Assembly (NCBI RefSeq): GCF_001949145.1 | Contig: NW_019091357.1 | Coordinates: forward strand, 1,182,671 to 1,246,670 | Direction of reading: 5' to 3' | From: Acanthaster planci | Taxonomy: Eukaryota | DNA: 64,000 nt | In this document: positions 27,024 to 40,500 of the stretch, one piece after another | How positions within the stretch are numbered: position 1 is the stretch's first letter | Layout: each line of letters opens with the position of its first letter | Position numbers and translations under genes: made by a program | Notes under the pieces: generated by a model | Seen by the model: the letters and a program-made list of their open reading frames with translations, nothing else | Database searches by the model: none | Told to the model about the DNA's origin: nothing

Positions 27024-27320
27024 ATGTGTAGGCTACATAGGCCAAAGGCTCGAGATTTACGGCTTGGCCTTGTTAGAGTTACTGAGAAACTTACCTCCTG
27101 TGACAACTGTTAGGGATTCATACGGCAGGAGACTGAAACACACAGGGAGCAAGACAGACAGTGAGACCACGTACCACGGAGGAACGAAAATTAACAGGAG
27201 CTCAAGGCCAGTGCTTGTGAAGTCCAAAGACATTGTGACCACTAGCTGTGTGACAGATTCGCCACCGTGACGGACCGCGACAATCAACGTTATGTGCTAG
27301 CTGTGGTGAATGCAGCCCAA

Positions 27321-27328
27321 TTTTTATA
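27321..27328 (-). promoter_or_regulatory. Candidate TATA box for copy A
   Basis: TATAAAAA on the - strand ~90 bp upstream of ATG 27233. Confidence 0.35.
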
Positions 27329-27488
27329 ACTATAGGTCTGTGATTGTGACGAAACATGAACGCACTTTGATCCCTACCCGGATATACCGGATTCCAAGGC
27401 TTCCCTGCCATCAAGCGCCCCCGGGGTGCACCCATCATGTATGTGTTAATCCCATTCGCCAATGTTTCGTTTCAACGGAAAATGATTA

Positions 27489-28050
27489 ACTGCGCATGTC
27501 CCATTTTAGGGTCATTTGCATCCGTATGAGGACCATGAGAAAAGTAGCCTGCGGAGCACTGATCGGAAATGTAGGGGAAAAGTAAGAAAAAACAGTGCAT
27601 GGTCACCGGTTTGCTCAGATGCTGAATTTTCGGCCACACTGGGCCTTCATCGGAGCTATGGGGGAACTGGTAGTTTGAATGCAGAAAAGTCTACCACTTC
27701 TCTGCATTCAAACCACCAGTCCCCCCACAGCACCTGAGCAAACCGGTGAGCACTGTTTTTTCTTCCTTAGGACCATGAGAATTCGTGCCAGGCAAGCAAC
27801 TGCTTCATTTCATTCTTTGTTCCACAAATATCACTGGTTTTGACCACTCGGATACTATTTCTCGATTTTATTTTCACAAAACACGTTAGGTAAAGGCCTT
27901 ACTATGAAAATATTCTCGGGCACGGTATTTTTATTTTCCAAAAGTGAAAATAAGAGTTAAATTTCATGAAATGCAGCTGCTTGTGCCTGGCACGAATTCT
28001 TATGGCCTTCATTACGTATGCAAATGATCCTAAAAATGGAACATGCGCAG
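27489..28050. mobile_element. Nested inverted-repeat (MITE/foldback) complex
   Basis: Outer IR ~27489-27541 / 27997-28050, inner IR ~27585-27765, third IR ~27769-28008. Confidence 0.65.
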
Positions 28051-28080
28051 CTTATAATTTCCCCTCTGAAACATACGTGC

Positions 28081-28255
28081 TATCCGGTTCGAAGTGATTC
28101 GTCACAAAGGCGGACGCGCCACGATTTGCATGCGCTAAAGTTCATGGTTCCATGTAAGCGGCGATCAATGCATGTTACTCTATGTGCATGTGGTGCAGTG
28201 CACGTGCAGTGGGCGTGATTGAAGCTGAAGTGATGTCACACTTACGAACCGGATA
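28081..28255. mobile_element. MITE with TATCCGGTTCG termini
   Basis: TATCCGGTTCGAAGTG / CACTTACGAACCGGATA; a right-end fragment recurs at ~32400-32450. Confidence 0.65.
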
Positions 28256-31065
28256 GGGTCTACCCTTTTGGTGGATTCATGTTTATCATCACACCGTAGA
28301 CATGAAAGAGTCCTCCAGGTCTATACTGGAAAAACTGTAGTTGGCCGTCGGTGCAAAAGTAAAAAGTGTTAAATATCCCCCGCAACTATTAATAACAAAT
28401 TATAACACGCCGTAATAATAAATACTAAACGGAAATTTATACAACCCTATTTAACAAAATTAACTGGACAAATGTCAATTTTGAACGAAAAAACAAAAAG
28501 TGATATTGCTGCAAAAATGAGACGCCCATACAAGTTAATGTAGGCAAATGAGAGTGGTCTATAGGCCAAATATCTATCCGCCGAGTACATTTATAAAAGT
28601 TACACACTCAAGATATTCTATATTAGACAGTTTTAAGAGCCATCATGAATATGGAATTGGGGAATCAAAGGCATTTTCCACTGAACCTCTGGCCTGGACT
28701 TTGGGCTTCTAATTCTGAGCACTTTGGGTGCATTCGGGTCCGAAGGTGGTTCTAGGCTATTTGGCCGTTTTGTATGGCTACTTTCCCAGTTTACTTGGGG
28801 AAATATTTTTCGTTTTAGGGGTGGTCTGCTTTGGGTGAGAATTTCTCAAAAGGCCATTAGTGAACCCACCAAAAATTGAAGGAAATTAAAAGACATGTTG
28901 ATCATCATTTTCAGTGCAGCCTGAGAGTTGTACTTTTAAAGAATTTTGAAGTGTAGGGAATTATCACAGGTGTTTGTGGGACTTAAATAACCGGGGTGTA
29001 CAGCTCTATGGGCCCAGTCTACTTCCTTGACATCGTTCATGGTGTACGGTATGTTCCCCGGCCTGAGCACAATGGAAGTGTATTTCGTGAAATTACCCAC
29101 CCATAAATCTTTGCGACAGAGATCAGTAGGTCACACAGAATTGGGATCTTGCGGGGGGTTTTTTTCGGGGCATGCACGTCATGTCATTCAGAGTAAACGC
29201 ATGTAGGTGCACATGTAGGGGTCATCTCAAATCTCGTCCGGGACAAGTTGCAGTAAAATTGTGGGGAGAGTGAATCCTTTATTTCCCCGCAAGTAGCTAT
29301 GCATTTATTGAGGGGAATTTGTGGAAGAATTTCGCATCAGTAGGTTACTGTGAAGGACTGTGTACATTACCAATTGCCTTGTACTAGATGGTCAGTATTT
29401 TAAGTGATTTTTGGTTTCCAGAGACTGATCTTGAGTCACTCAACATGACTTTCTCTACGGTCATGTGTTCAGTGTTGAAGGCTGAATCAGATGGGTGTTG
29501 GGGCGGTCGGCCGCTCTGCTTATTTTGCTCCATTCGCTCGTTAAAGGTACATGTACAAGCTGTCCCCTTCTTAAAGTTATACCTCCATATCCATTCAGTT
29601 CTGAATTCAAAACTGGAAGTATTTACTTTGATATTTTTGAAAGGTTCCCTTGCCAGAATTGTTCAATCATGATTGTAATAACAGATCTTCAGTATTTCAC
29701 ATCAAGAGATAACAAAATGCAAAACAACGATATGCTTTAACCTTCCGTATATATGCCATGATTTTTTGGCTAATAAAAAAAAAGATATTGCAGCAAAATT
29801 GTTTGGGATGCAGGGCATGTACGGGATTTCTTCTTGCTAATGTTCTTTTGTGCAGTAAAATTGCCAGATTAACCCCAACACTCTTCAATCCTTCACCTGT
29901 TGGAGGATTGAGGAGTGTTAGGGTTAAATACAAATAAAGTTGTATTTGCCTGAAGTAAGACGGTAGCTTTCCAGAAGGAGAAAAAACCTGAAGAAGCTTT
30001 GAGATAACTTCTGAGGTTTTTGCGCAGGGCGTGAAAGAAACTATAAACTGTAGCCAGAAAATAATGGAATTGCATCAGAGACCTACTGCCATGTAAAACG
30101 GCATCATCGTCGCATCGTCGCATAGTAATAAAAGTCCCAATGTCAAAAAGTCGCATCATAATATTACGTAATCCCCCCTTTCACTCCAACTGACCAATTA
30201 GAAACAGTATTTGGCCTCAATTGCGTGGAGGAAATATATTGATTTGGGATTAGGCAGTTTATTTTTTATAGCTATTTTTAAAAAGTGCAAGCAAATATAG
30301 GACTCCGTGAAATGTGGAATGGTCACCCTTTAATTGCTGTGGAAAGACTCTGGGGGGCGCACCGCAAACTAATATCACGGTTTTGGAGTATTCATGGAAC
30401 TGAATTAGATATGATTTGAACATTACAATGTTTTGTTAAGAAATTCAGTAGGGGCCAACAAATACAGAAAATCAATATCAATCGAGAAATTTGAAGCAGG
30501 TTCTTCCTCCAGTTAAGAGTGCAAATGACATCCCGTGTTCTACATGCGTTGCGTACCGTCAAACTTCAGCGGGACCAGAAGGGATCAACGACGTCACGGT
30601 GCAAACAGTACAACCGGACATGTCCTGTTCAGTTAGAAGGAAGGCCGGAATTCCGCGCCGTTTCCAACTAATCGGATTGTGAATGCACATATACGCAAGG
30701 CCATAGGTCTTGTGTACATGCATCCGTTCCCGTTGCTACAAACCTTCCACAGCCAGAGCCACCACTTTATTACACGGTACATACGACAGGAATTATACCG
30801 TGTGTGATATGGGGCCGATGGGTACCCCCCCCCCACATGTCCAATCCCTGTACACAATCTAGACTATTGTGACCTAACACATCCCCCCTAAAAAGTCTGT
30901 AAAGAATTCCTGAGATTCTGATCAAACAATGACCAACACAAAGGCGGGGGGGAGGTCTCTCCGCACAATGTATTGCATCATATGACAAGAATAACTTCCT
31001 TAAAATACATGCGCTAGTGCAGAGCGTATACACGCTATGTACAAAACCACGATAAGCGTATAAGA

Positions 31066-31177
31066 ACGGTGAAATTCCAACTGAACGGAAAGGTGTTAGC
31101 GCAAGGTAGCTAACTTTTAGGACGGTGAAATTCCAACTGAACGGAAAGGTGTTAGCGCAAGGTAGCTAACTTTTAGG
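31066..31177. repeat. Perfect 56-bp tandem duplication
   Basis: ACGGTGAAATTCC...AACTTTTAGG occurs twice, identical. Confidence 0.9.
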
Positions 31178-31696
31178 ATAAAGATCGCTCAAAGTCCAAG
31201 AAAGCTCCTTTTTTATCTGATAACATGGCATCCCCATTGCGTCATTACATCCCCTTTTAAAATGCCAAACTTTATAACTGCATCATCAGATAGCAGATAA
31301 GACGAGCTAGACTGCGTGCTGTCGTTCGACACTATGCCTGAAAAAACACGACACTTGTGTGCAGTAACCGTATGAACTTATTTCCATGCAAGCACAAAAC
31401 AAAACCAACGGGGTTACAGAGCGTCAACTATTTCAAAATGGATCAAACAGGCCTTTTAGTGACACACAACAATTATCAATCTTCAAAAATGACTAAGATC
31501 TTAAAAGTACACTGTGTTAAGCACGCCGAGGTAAATTATTATTAAAGAAAATCACAATTACCAGACAATAAAGTAAGTAATTCAAAGTATATGAATAAAT
31601 TAAATGGCAACAGACGAAATAACTCAAGATTAAAATAAAGCAGAATTAACAAATTGTGCATTTGATTTTTACAAGAGAACATGAAAAACTCGAACA

Positions 31697-32918
31697 CAGG
31701 GTGTTTAAAAAAGGATAATCCAACTTTAAGGGGTTAATACGACCATACCATATACCCTTCCGCAAGGAGCATGGTATCACTTTAAAGTAGAGATCCTAAG
31801 CCTTAAAATGGCACAAAGGTTTCTTGTCCAGGGTCATGCATGATTGAGCACCGTCATCCGGAATTTAGGGTGCAAAAATGTGGTTGGTTCACTTCCATGT
31901 GAAACAAATCAACACAAATTCTCAGTTAGTGAAAAATTTGTTATTCATTTAGCACACATTTATCAACAGGTTTCAACATTCCCATCATCTGCCAGCCGAT
32001 TTCTAAATCCTCTTACTGGCTAACACCTTCCACGTGGCCACCACCAAACAAAGTCCATATCGACGGCGCATGTCTCCAACTGCTTCTCCGACAGTATCCG
32101 GCCACGGATCCGGCTTTGCTCTCGAATAGAGGGATCCCAATACGACGCTTTTAGCGTCGATCTGCGCACTTCCGCGTTTGAAAACGAGGCTGTATGTGTC
32201 GGCTTCAACTCTTAATACGATCAGACGATTGAAAGTAAGGAGTTAAGACACAAAATACATAAAGGTATGTTAAATTCAGACTTTTCAGGCTGCAAATTTT
32301 TGTTGAAGAGTCTTTCAGAATGACTCGACACGTGAAATCAAAAGAAAAACAAAAGCAATTTACCGCGAACTAACGTACCTGCGATGGCTGTGCATCTTGT
32401 GCAGTGGGCGTGGTTTAAACTGAAGTGGTATCACACTTACGAACCGGATACTGCATGTACTGTGTCGACTCCGCGGGCGCGCGAGGAAGTTCAACACAGA
32501 GAGCCTCGGTTTCGATGCGGATATGCTCAGAGGGCGCTAATGTGAAATCCATCTAGGTCCACCTCCCTCCGAAGCCGGTTTCGTAAATCCTGCATGTTAC
32601 GTAGGCGTGGTGTACACATGCCAGGCCGTTTGATTTAAACCATTGCATAACCAGGCAAGACATTATTCACAATCAAGATGTGGCAGTTGGTCAAGTGAAA
32701 TGCAACGAGGCTCGATAAGTGAACCCAGTGCCGTTTTGGTGCCGTGATTTCAATCCATTGGTATTCACTTATGCAATAACACGATTAGGCAAAAAGCTGT
32801 CATTCGAAAGCTATTATCTTCAATTTGACTGTTGTGGCCCTCGAAATGCTGTACGAGATGCCACATAGCTATATTAACCCCTTCAAGTTAATTGCATTGC
32901 CTTTTTTGAAACACCCAG
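31697..32918. mobile_element. Non-autonomous Tc1/mariner-like element
   Basis: ~45-bp TIRs CAGGGTGTTTAAAAAAGG...AAGGGGTTAATA / TATTAACCCCTT...CCTTTTTTGAAACACCCAG|TA; no transposase ORF seen. Confidence 0.65.
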
Positions 32919-32949
32919 TACAACAAAAGAACAACTTCACGACAGGAAA

Positions 32950-34140
32950 CTATCATACGCAAAGGGAGATAATATGTTGCTTACAGTCACATCTGAAGTT
33001 GCTCACAGGCTTTGTTTTTAAGGTGGCGTCTAAGCTGTTCCAAAGACGAGGACCATGAAAACGAAGAGTTTCCATTGAAAAAGATGTGCGAGCGTATGGG
33101 ACATTAAGATTAAAACGAGCGTTGTATTCATGCATGTCGCGCACAGAGTTGAAATAGGTTGAAAATACGTGAGGAAGAATTTTTTTTTTTTTACTATACT
33201 TGAACATGAAGATCCCGGTTTGGAGTTTGTTGATATCTTTGGGAGTTAACATGTAGAATTTCGCAAAAAGAAGTGCAGAATTATTTTGTGGTTGTGAAAA
33301 AGTGCAAATCCTGTTGGCCCGCTTCTGTATTTCACTGAGTTATGAGGGAAGTTGGTTAGTACTGGGTTGTGCCTATGTTGCGGTAACTTAGATACGGATG
33401 AAGTGTATTTATTGTAACGGGTGAAAAGGGAAGTTCGTGAAAGAAGGTGCCAAGCATTTGGTAATTGAAGAAATGTGGTCACTCCAAGTAAGGCAATCAA
33501 ATTGCAATAAGCACAACGCCCAAGAATTGAGTAAAAGAAAATAGTACTGCGGGCACTCGATACTGCAGTGCCGTCAATTTAAATAGATCGCAGAGCATCT
33601 AAAGAGCTTGCAACTCTACTAAAGAATAAACAGTCTTCCTGGTAAAGACAGTTTGTTGACTCTGAACTGAGAAACTTTAATAAGTTCACTGTCGAGAATA
33701 AGAATCACACACTGGAAATTCGGATTCGAACAGATAATAGTCGTATCAACTCCGAACAACAGAAAAGAAATGTTGGGAGAGGAGTTACTCAGAACATTAA
33801 TGTACAGCAGAAAAAAGAAGGGGCCTAGTATAGACCCTTGGGGCACACCGGCCAAGTAATTGGGGCACTCCGTGCGTGATGTTACTTCTGCCAGAAGACA
33901 ACGGTTAATTGTTTTCTTGTCTGTCAAGTAGCTCTCAAACCAATTTGGGCATGTCCTCTGATTCCATAGTGGTCAAGTTTAGAAAGGAGTATGTTGGACA
34001 TGTGATCAATCCTGTCAAATGCCTCAGAGAGATCGATGAAAATACCTACAATAGAGAGTTTGTGGACATGAAATTGGAGATGAGGTGTGTGAGACGAATA
34101 AGAGCCATGTCTGTGGAAATGATGTGAGCAAAAACCGAAC
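32950..34140 (-). mobile_element. Decayed CR1-clade LINE reverse transcriptase fragment
   Basis: Frameshifted motifs STDMAL, VGIFIDLSEAFD, LDHYGIRG, GVPQGSILGP..LLYIN, degenerate FADDT (FGVDTT), FHGPRLWNSL. Confidence 0.85.
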
Positions 34141-34872
34141 TGTTGATTGAAAAGAATATTAGAAGACGGATGCAGGTCACTTAATAAGAAAATCCTCGTA
34201 GAAATGTACTTGCTGGAAAAAAAATGCTGGACTGCCCATAGGGTCTTCCTATTGCCTTTTCCTGGGCTTGATCTCCACCCATATCCCTGTCGACGTACTT
34301 TTTACATTTTTCACTCGTTTTTCTAAAAGCAAAGAGATCTTTGAGCAAATGAGCACTGCAATCTGGAGTGATCCTTCCACAGTTCATGAAGTCCTATGTT
34401 TGTTTGAACCCTAAAAATAGTCATTATCTCCCGCTTAATCCCAACACAATACAACCATAGACCTGAAGGAGAAAGTAGCTATATAATTCCCTCCACAGTC
34501 CATCCACATGACATATTCTGTACCTATGAAGCGAGATACGAGACAGAGGGAACCCCCCTGCTTTGTGTTGGTCATTGTTTCATTGGAATCTGAAGAATTC
34601 TTTTCAGACATGGGGGGGGGTATGCGTTTGATAACAATAGTCTAAAGCACGTACAGCGATTGGCCATGTTGGGGGGGTTACCCCTCGGACTCATTCTTGC
34701 TGGATGTACATGATGCGAATAACGCAAAATACTGACTTCTAATTGGTCAATTGAGGTAAAAGGGGGGCGGTGCTTTACCCATAATGCCGTACAGCACTAC
34801 TTCGTACCGTCTAACATGAGGTCAAAGTATACCCACTTTTGCTTTAAGTTAACGCATTCAGTAAGGGCGAAT

Positions 34873-34908
34873 TATAAAAGTGAAATTCTTAGGCCTACCT
34901 GTTCAGTT
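34873..34908 (+). promoter_or_regulatory. TATA box plus initiator core promoter
   Basis: TATAAAAG at 34873; TCAGTT initiator with its A at 34905 (canonical ~-32 spacing). Confidence 0.45.
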
Positions 34909-37522
34909 GCACTGCAGCTACAGTACAGGTCTTTCTTAATAAATATTCACGGTACCTGAAAACAAGGCGGTCGGGAACTCGCGTGTCAATGTGGCTCTGA
35001 ACGTAAGGGATCTTTTCGTGGTTCCCGAGCCTACCTTCGGTTTGTGGAGCCTAGGCTCCAAAACAGTGGAGAGCAACGAATTGGTGTAGGCTTCAAGTAT
35101 TTTTCAGAAGCCCACATTCATAAGGTGAAGGGAAAGCAGTTTACTAACAGGATTTTATCTTGGACCTTGTGTTGACGCTGCATGCATGCACCGTTTGTGG
35201 ACCTAATGTAAACAGCCGATTGTCGCCACGATCGAGCAGTTTGAACTTTTGAAGACTTGTTTGTCGTTCAGCGGGTTATCTTTGATGACTGGGCTGTTTC
35301 CTTTCTAAGTTCGGGGGCAATCAATCACGGAAGAAGAAAAAAACTCGATCAATCGAAATGCAACTATGTGCAATAATGTGTACTGTGTAGAGCCAGTGAT
35401 TACGAAATTTCATACGAACATCTCAAAATTAAGTGCCCAAAGAAGACGTTTCAAAGACAAAATCTACCCTGAATAGCGGCCCCCCGTCTCGTTTGATCTT
35501 AACAATCCACTTTTTCGGCAGGATCCTGTTTTTTGGAAATGAATGTTAATTTCTGGCGGTGATCTTCGTTGTTTTTGCTACAACACGGCACTGTTAATGC
35601 TTCGTCATGTAGTTCGCCGACAGCGCAGAGTCCCCTACAGCCTCGTTTTCAGTCGCCGCGACTAAAGTTTGCATAAATATTAAGAAAGGCCTATAACTGC
35701 AGACTAACAAGGTAGCTGGAACCATGGTGCTAGCTATTAAACTCAATTTGAAGTGTCAGGAACGTATAATGCACGAGTCAGTTCTATTTCCAAAAGTCAA
35801 GGACGTAGCGCGTGCGCAGTGGGAAGCCACATTGCTACCGTTTGGCTTGGGCATGCTACATGGACATCATATCACCGTCGACACCTTTGTGCACAAGCCC
35901 TAGAAAGCACAATGAAAAAACTGGTATATCAACCGTGGACAGCTTTTGGAAATGTTGCAGGTGCACAGAAGGCGACTACTGGCAAGTGCAGCTTAAATGT
36001 GCTCAAGAATATAAGAGCAGAGATTTTTGTGCATAAGGGTGTACCACTAGAAATAAAAATAAAAAAGTAGTGATAAATTCAGTTCAATTTTTTTCGTCGC
36101 TGCCATTGACAGAAGTTGGACCAAGACTGTGAGGGGGAAGCAATTTGCAATTTCGAAGAAAATGACCACTGCTGACCATTACGTGCAGGTAAGCAGTGTC
36201 CAAATTAGTATGAACATAATTTATGACACTAGGTCCAGATATATGATTGACCAAGTTTGATAATAATTGGACCAGGATTGGGGAAGAAGGAGGAATTTGT
36301 AATTTTGAAGAAAATGACCACATGTGACCACTGGCCAAACATGCTAGTCACTACACATGAGACTCTGGCCAAGTTAGATAATATTTAAATTTCGCTGAAA
36401 TGAATTTGGAAGATATTGCATTTTTTGTGAGCATTTGACCGAAGAAAGAAAGTAAGTCGACGATTACAATTATATCAGCACATTTCGCACAGCTGATGTA
36501 ATTCTAAGCAGGCCTCAGCCTACTATGTGAATCCACTGATAAATATTTTCCATGCCAAATTTGACTTTTCAGAGGCTTATAAACCCCTACAAGGGAAAGT
36601 ATAAAGTGATACCCGGGTATGGAACTCTTGCCAAAAAATTCCATACTGATTAAAAGGTGGATTGAAGTTGAAATCACAATTGTAAGCCACGTTAACTTTT
36701 TACAAATATCTGAACATTGTACATGTACGTGCATTGAAAAAGGGCAAAACTCAATAACTTGTGCCAAAGAAGAACTGATTTTTTTTCTAATTCATTTGAG
36801 CTGCATTACACTCTTTAGTTGTAAAAAGAAACATTGTACATAAGGGGGATACATCCAGCATGTTAAATTAACCTGAATTTTTTTGCTTTTATTTCCAAAT
36901 TAATGGGAAATGTCGCCTAACAATACCATGGTTCCCAACTTTCTTGAAGTAATGAAAATTTGTATCTGTGCTGACAAACAGAATACACCCAAAACAGAAT
37001 TTCCAAGCCTCATTTGTTTCTGTCTGTGGAAAGAATTGGCAAAAACTGTATCTACTTCAAAAATTAAAGTTTGAATTTCATTGCAATTAGGCATAAATTA
37101 AGATGCATTCTTTCAAGCAATTTAAAATCAACGCTGATCCTTAAGTACAATTTATTTCTAACATTGATCATTAAGGACTGTGAGATTCAATTACATGATT
37201 ACATGATTTCGAATCATTTTTATAATCACCTAGGGCAAAATACAATGACAATGAAAATGTGGCCGACTACAAGAATCCAGGACAGTCACAAGACGTGAGA
37301 ACGCCCTTTTTGTTATAATTCAATAACATGTCCTTTTTCATGCTTGATGTCCATTTTAAAGTATTACATCTTAAACTCTGTGTAGCAAACGTTCTAGATC
37401 TAAACATCCTATTTCCATTTCATAAGCAGCAGAGTTGTCTTCCTGGTGTATTCTCTTTACACCTGTTCCAGGGCCTATGGCCCTCCGAATTTACAAACAT
37501 TTGCACATGCAAAGCAGTTTCA

Positions 37523-40500
37523 CTATTCATCAGGTTTCATAACCAGTACAGTCTTACCCCTGGCGTGTCCTTTTCGTACATGTTCCAGGGCCTCGTTGCC
37601 ATCTTCCATATTGTAGACCTTCTCCACAACCGGCTTGATCTAAAAATTGTTTTGAAAAAAAACACGGTTATGTTCAAAGGTTAAAATGCAGCAAGTTGCC
37701 ACAGGTCCATTTTGGAAGTAGAATCTGTCCATTTTTTCCACCCACTAGGCATTCCAATTCATCAAAATGACAAAGTGTCACATATTAAAGGGAAACACTA
37801 GACTTGTGCTTTGTATTAATGCAATTGACAAGTGAAAACATCTCTTTGGAACTTATCGTTCAGGAAAATTTCAGTTTCAAAGACTAACTACTACTGCTCG
37901 AACCATTCTCCCTCTCGTTCTCCTCTCCCCCAAAAAATATCCACTCAACCTCCTGCCTACAAACCTTGTCTTGTTCCACCAGACCAGCAACAACATCCAA
38001 AGCATCAGAACTCGGAGCCACAAAGCCATACTTGAAACTTCTTCCGTGAAACAACTTCTGTTCACAAGAAAAAAAAGGGAGAATCACAAAAACTACTTAT
38101 TCTGTAACACTGCATGGGTCAAACGCAACCATTCCTACAATGTTTTAAATTTTGCCTACAATGACATTGCTTGCCAGAAGAAATTATTATAGTATGTTGG
38201 ATGTAAAATGCGAACATTGGTAATTGTCCAGTGTACCATCATGTCTTGTAAAACAAGAGAAGATGTGACCACTGACCTGTGGGATGCTGATCCGGCACAG
38301 GTCATATATGGCCTTAGGGATGCCCAGCAGAAGGCCGTGCTTGTCCAGAGCCAGCAGGGCGGGCGAGTCCACAGTGACCACACAGCCTCCTCGCTTGCAG
38401 AGATTCAGACAGGTCTGGTAGGAGGCCGGACCGAGGCTATCTAGGACCACATCAAACCTGCAACATCATAGGAATCAGAGAATTTAGAAAAATGGAATAG
38501 CCCCCTCCCCCGGAGGGCTAAACCATCAATTTCTTAATCATTTGTATGTCACATGATCAACTGCGTCCAACCACTTGCCTTGGCTTGTCCTTGAGGGCAC
38601 TCTCCAGATCTATCTTCGTATAGTCCACCACCTCATCCGCTCCCAGCTTCTCCACCAACTCTCGACCACTGGTGCTGCAGCTGGTGGTCACATGACCTCC
38701 CCAGGCCTTCACTAATTGGATGGCGAAGGAACCGACACCCCCAGTGCCAGCGAGAACAAGAACACTGTAACAGAAGAGAATGTTTGAAAATAACAGTGGA
38801 TAGATAATCCATGGCAACGCAACTCCAGAATCAAAATATTCTAACACCCTAAGTAATCTTTCCTCAGACAGCTTACCGTTTACCGGCAGTATTTTCTGAG
38901 GACAGACCAGCAGCTCTCACCAGTGCTCCCCAGGTTGTCATGGCAACATAGCTTAAGGCAGCTTGCTGGACATGAGTAAGAGAGCTAGGCTTCTGGGTTA
39001 CAAGTCCTTCCTTGACTAGGACATACTCCGCAAATGTGCCAGGTAGTGGGACAAATGACAAGGCACCCCAAACCTAAATTTAAAATAAAGGAAACAGTAA
39101 AATCATCCAATCTGTCTGTCTCAAATGACGTTATTTCCCACAGATTGCCACATGCACCAGCATTTTTTACATCAAATTTTTTCTGACATGCATCAGTTAC
39201 GCCATATTTCGAAGATGTTTAGATCAACATGCACATGTGTATTGACCATTTGCATGATGCATCCACATGTTGCCAATGGCATTGACCATGCACCTGTAAT
39301 TTTCCTACAAATATGGTGTCCTAAGAGAGAGTTCAATATGGTCCTTATGTTACACTTGCATATGGACGTAAATAAAAACAACTGTATGGTTACAGAACTA
39401 GGAACCAATGAGATATGATCACTGAGCTGGCAGTCCTTTTGTGAAGCAGTTCCTGCATACTTGGAGGTTGGTTTCCAAATTTTGCCAGCATGCCTTCTGG
39501 CCCAGAATTCAATTGAGATTGAAACAAACTGGTTGAGCCTTTGCACTGTTGATAAGACTTGGTGGTTCCACTGCCTGTACCCTTTCGGGGAGTTTAAGTC
39601 ACATGAAATGGTATTTACCTCGTCACCTACTTTGACCTTTGACACGGACTCCCCCACTGCCTCCACAACACCGGAGAAATCTTTGCCAAGAATCAGAGGA
39701 AACTCTCTGCCATCACCAGCAGCCATCTGCAGGCAAATAAATAAAAAACTATAAACATCACTGAACTGAAGCTGCTTTCAGTAAAAAGCTGAATTTTAAT
39801 GAGGAAGAACTACATCCAAATTCCAAAATGTGATGAGTGTTTGAGGGAAAGTGGATGCTTAAAAACATCAACATTTGAAAAGTTTGATGCTGGGAATACT
39901 CACATTTTCCAAATCTATTAATCATTCATAGATTCACCAAGTCTTAGCAATATATGGTGAAAAGTTATCTACTGAAAGGTTTCTCTATACTCAAAGCGCA
40001 ATAAAAAATTTAATATATTAGCATAATGAAAATCCAAATACCTTCAGCTTTCTGCGGAGAAAGTTTAATGCTGTCTTTCCATATCCTTCCTCCATCTTGA
40101 AGTCAATTGGATTGATGGAGGCGGCATGGACTCTCACTAGCACATCATCTGGTAAAACCACCTTAGGCCTGGGGTGTGTCTCGCACACCATCGGCACCTC
40201 ACTCCCATATGACTTGGTCAAGAGCGCCCTCATGCTGTGGATCCCAGAAAAGTAGACCGATTTGGTGGCTGTACGGGCCTTCTTGTAGCATGAGTATAGA
40301 GCGCCCAACCAGAGTGCTACCAGACCAGTGTTCAACGCGGCAGATGACACTGTAAATGATGTTGCCAAACACTGGTTGCTAAGTTTGAAAACATGAAGCT
40401 TTCCAGAGCAGTCTCTACAAAAAAATTTACCTTGCAAACAAACAGGTTGTAAGGTTTAGTGTTGATAAAAAGACACCTCCAAACTTGAAACTTACCTCCT

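Larger units (their letters stand above)
20747..27233 (-). pseudogene. RTN4IP1-like MDR oxidoreductase copy A with N-terminal hydrophobic pair; 1-bp frameshift in exon 3
   Basis: Exons 27233-27095, 24033-23726, 23416-23310 (107 nt versus 108 in both paralogs, giving TGA at 23384-23386), 22414-22218, 22105-21920, 21803-21623, 21384-21292, 20863-20747. Motifs INPID, AGTGGVGSFAIQLVKAWG, GHARGKTV. Confidence 0.75.

Noticed and set aside
31066..31177. CRISPR-like or functional repeat
   Set aside because: Only two adjacent copies with no spacer, in eukaryotic DNA; a local duplication or assembly artefact.
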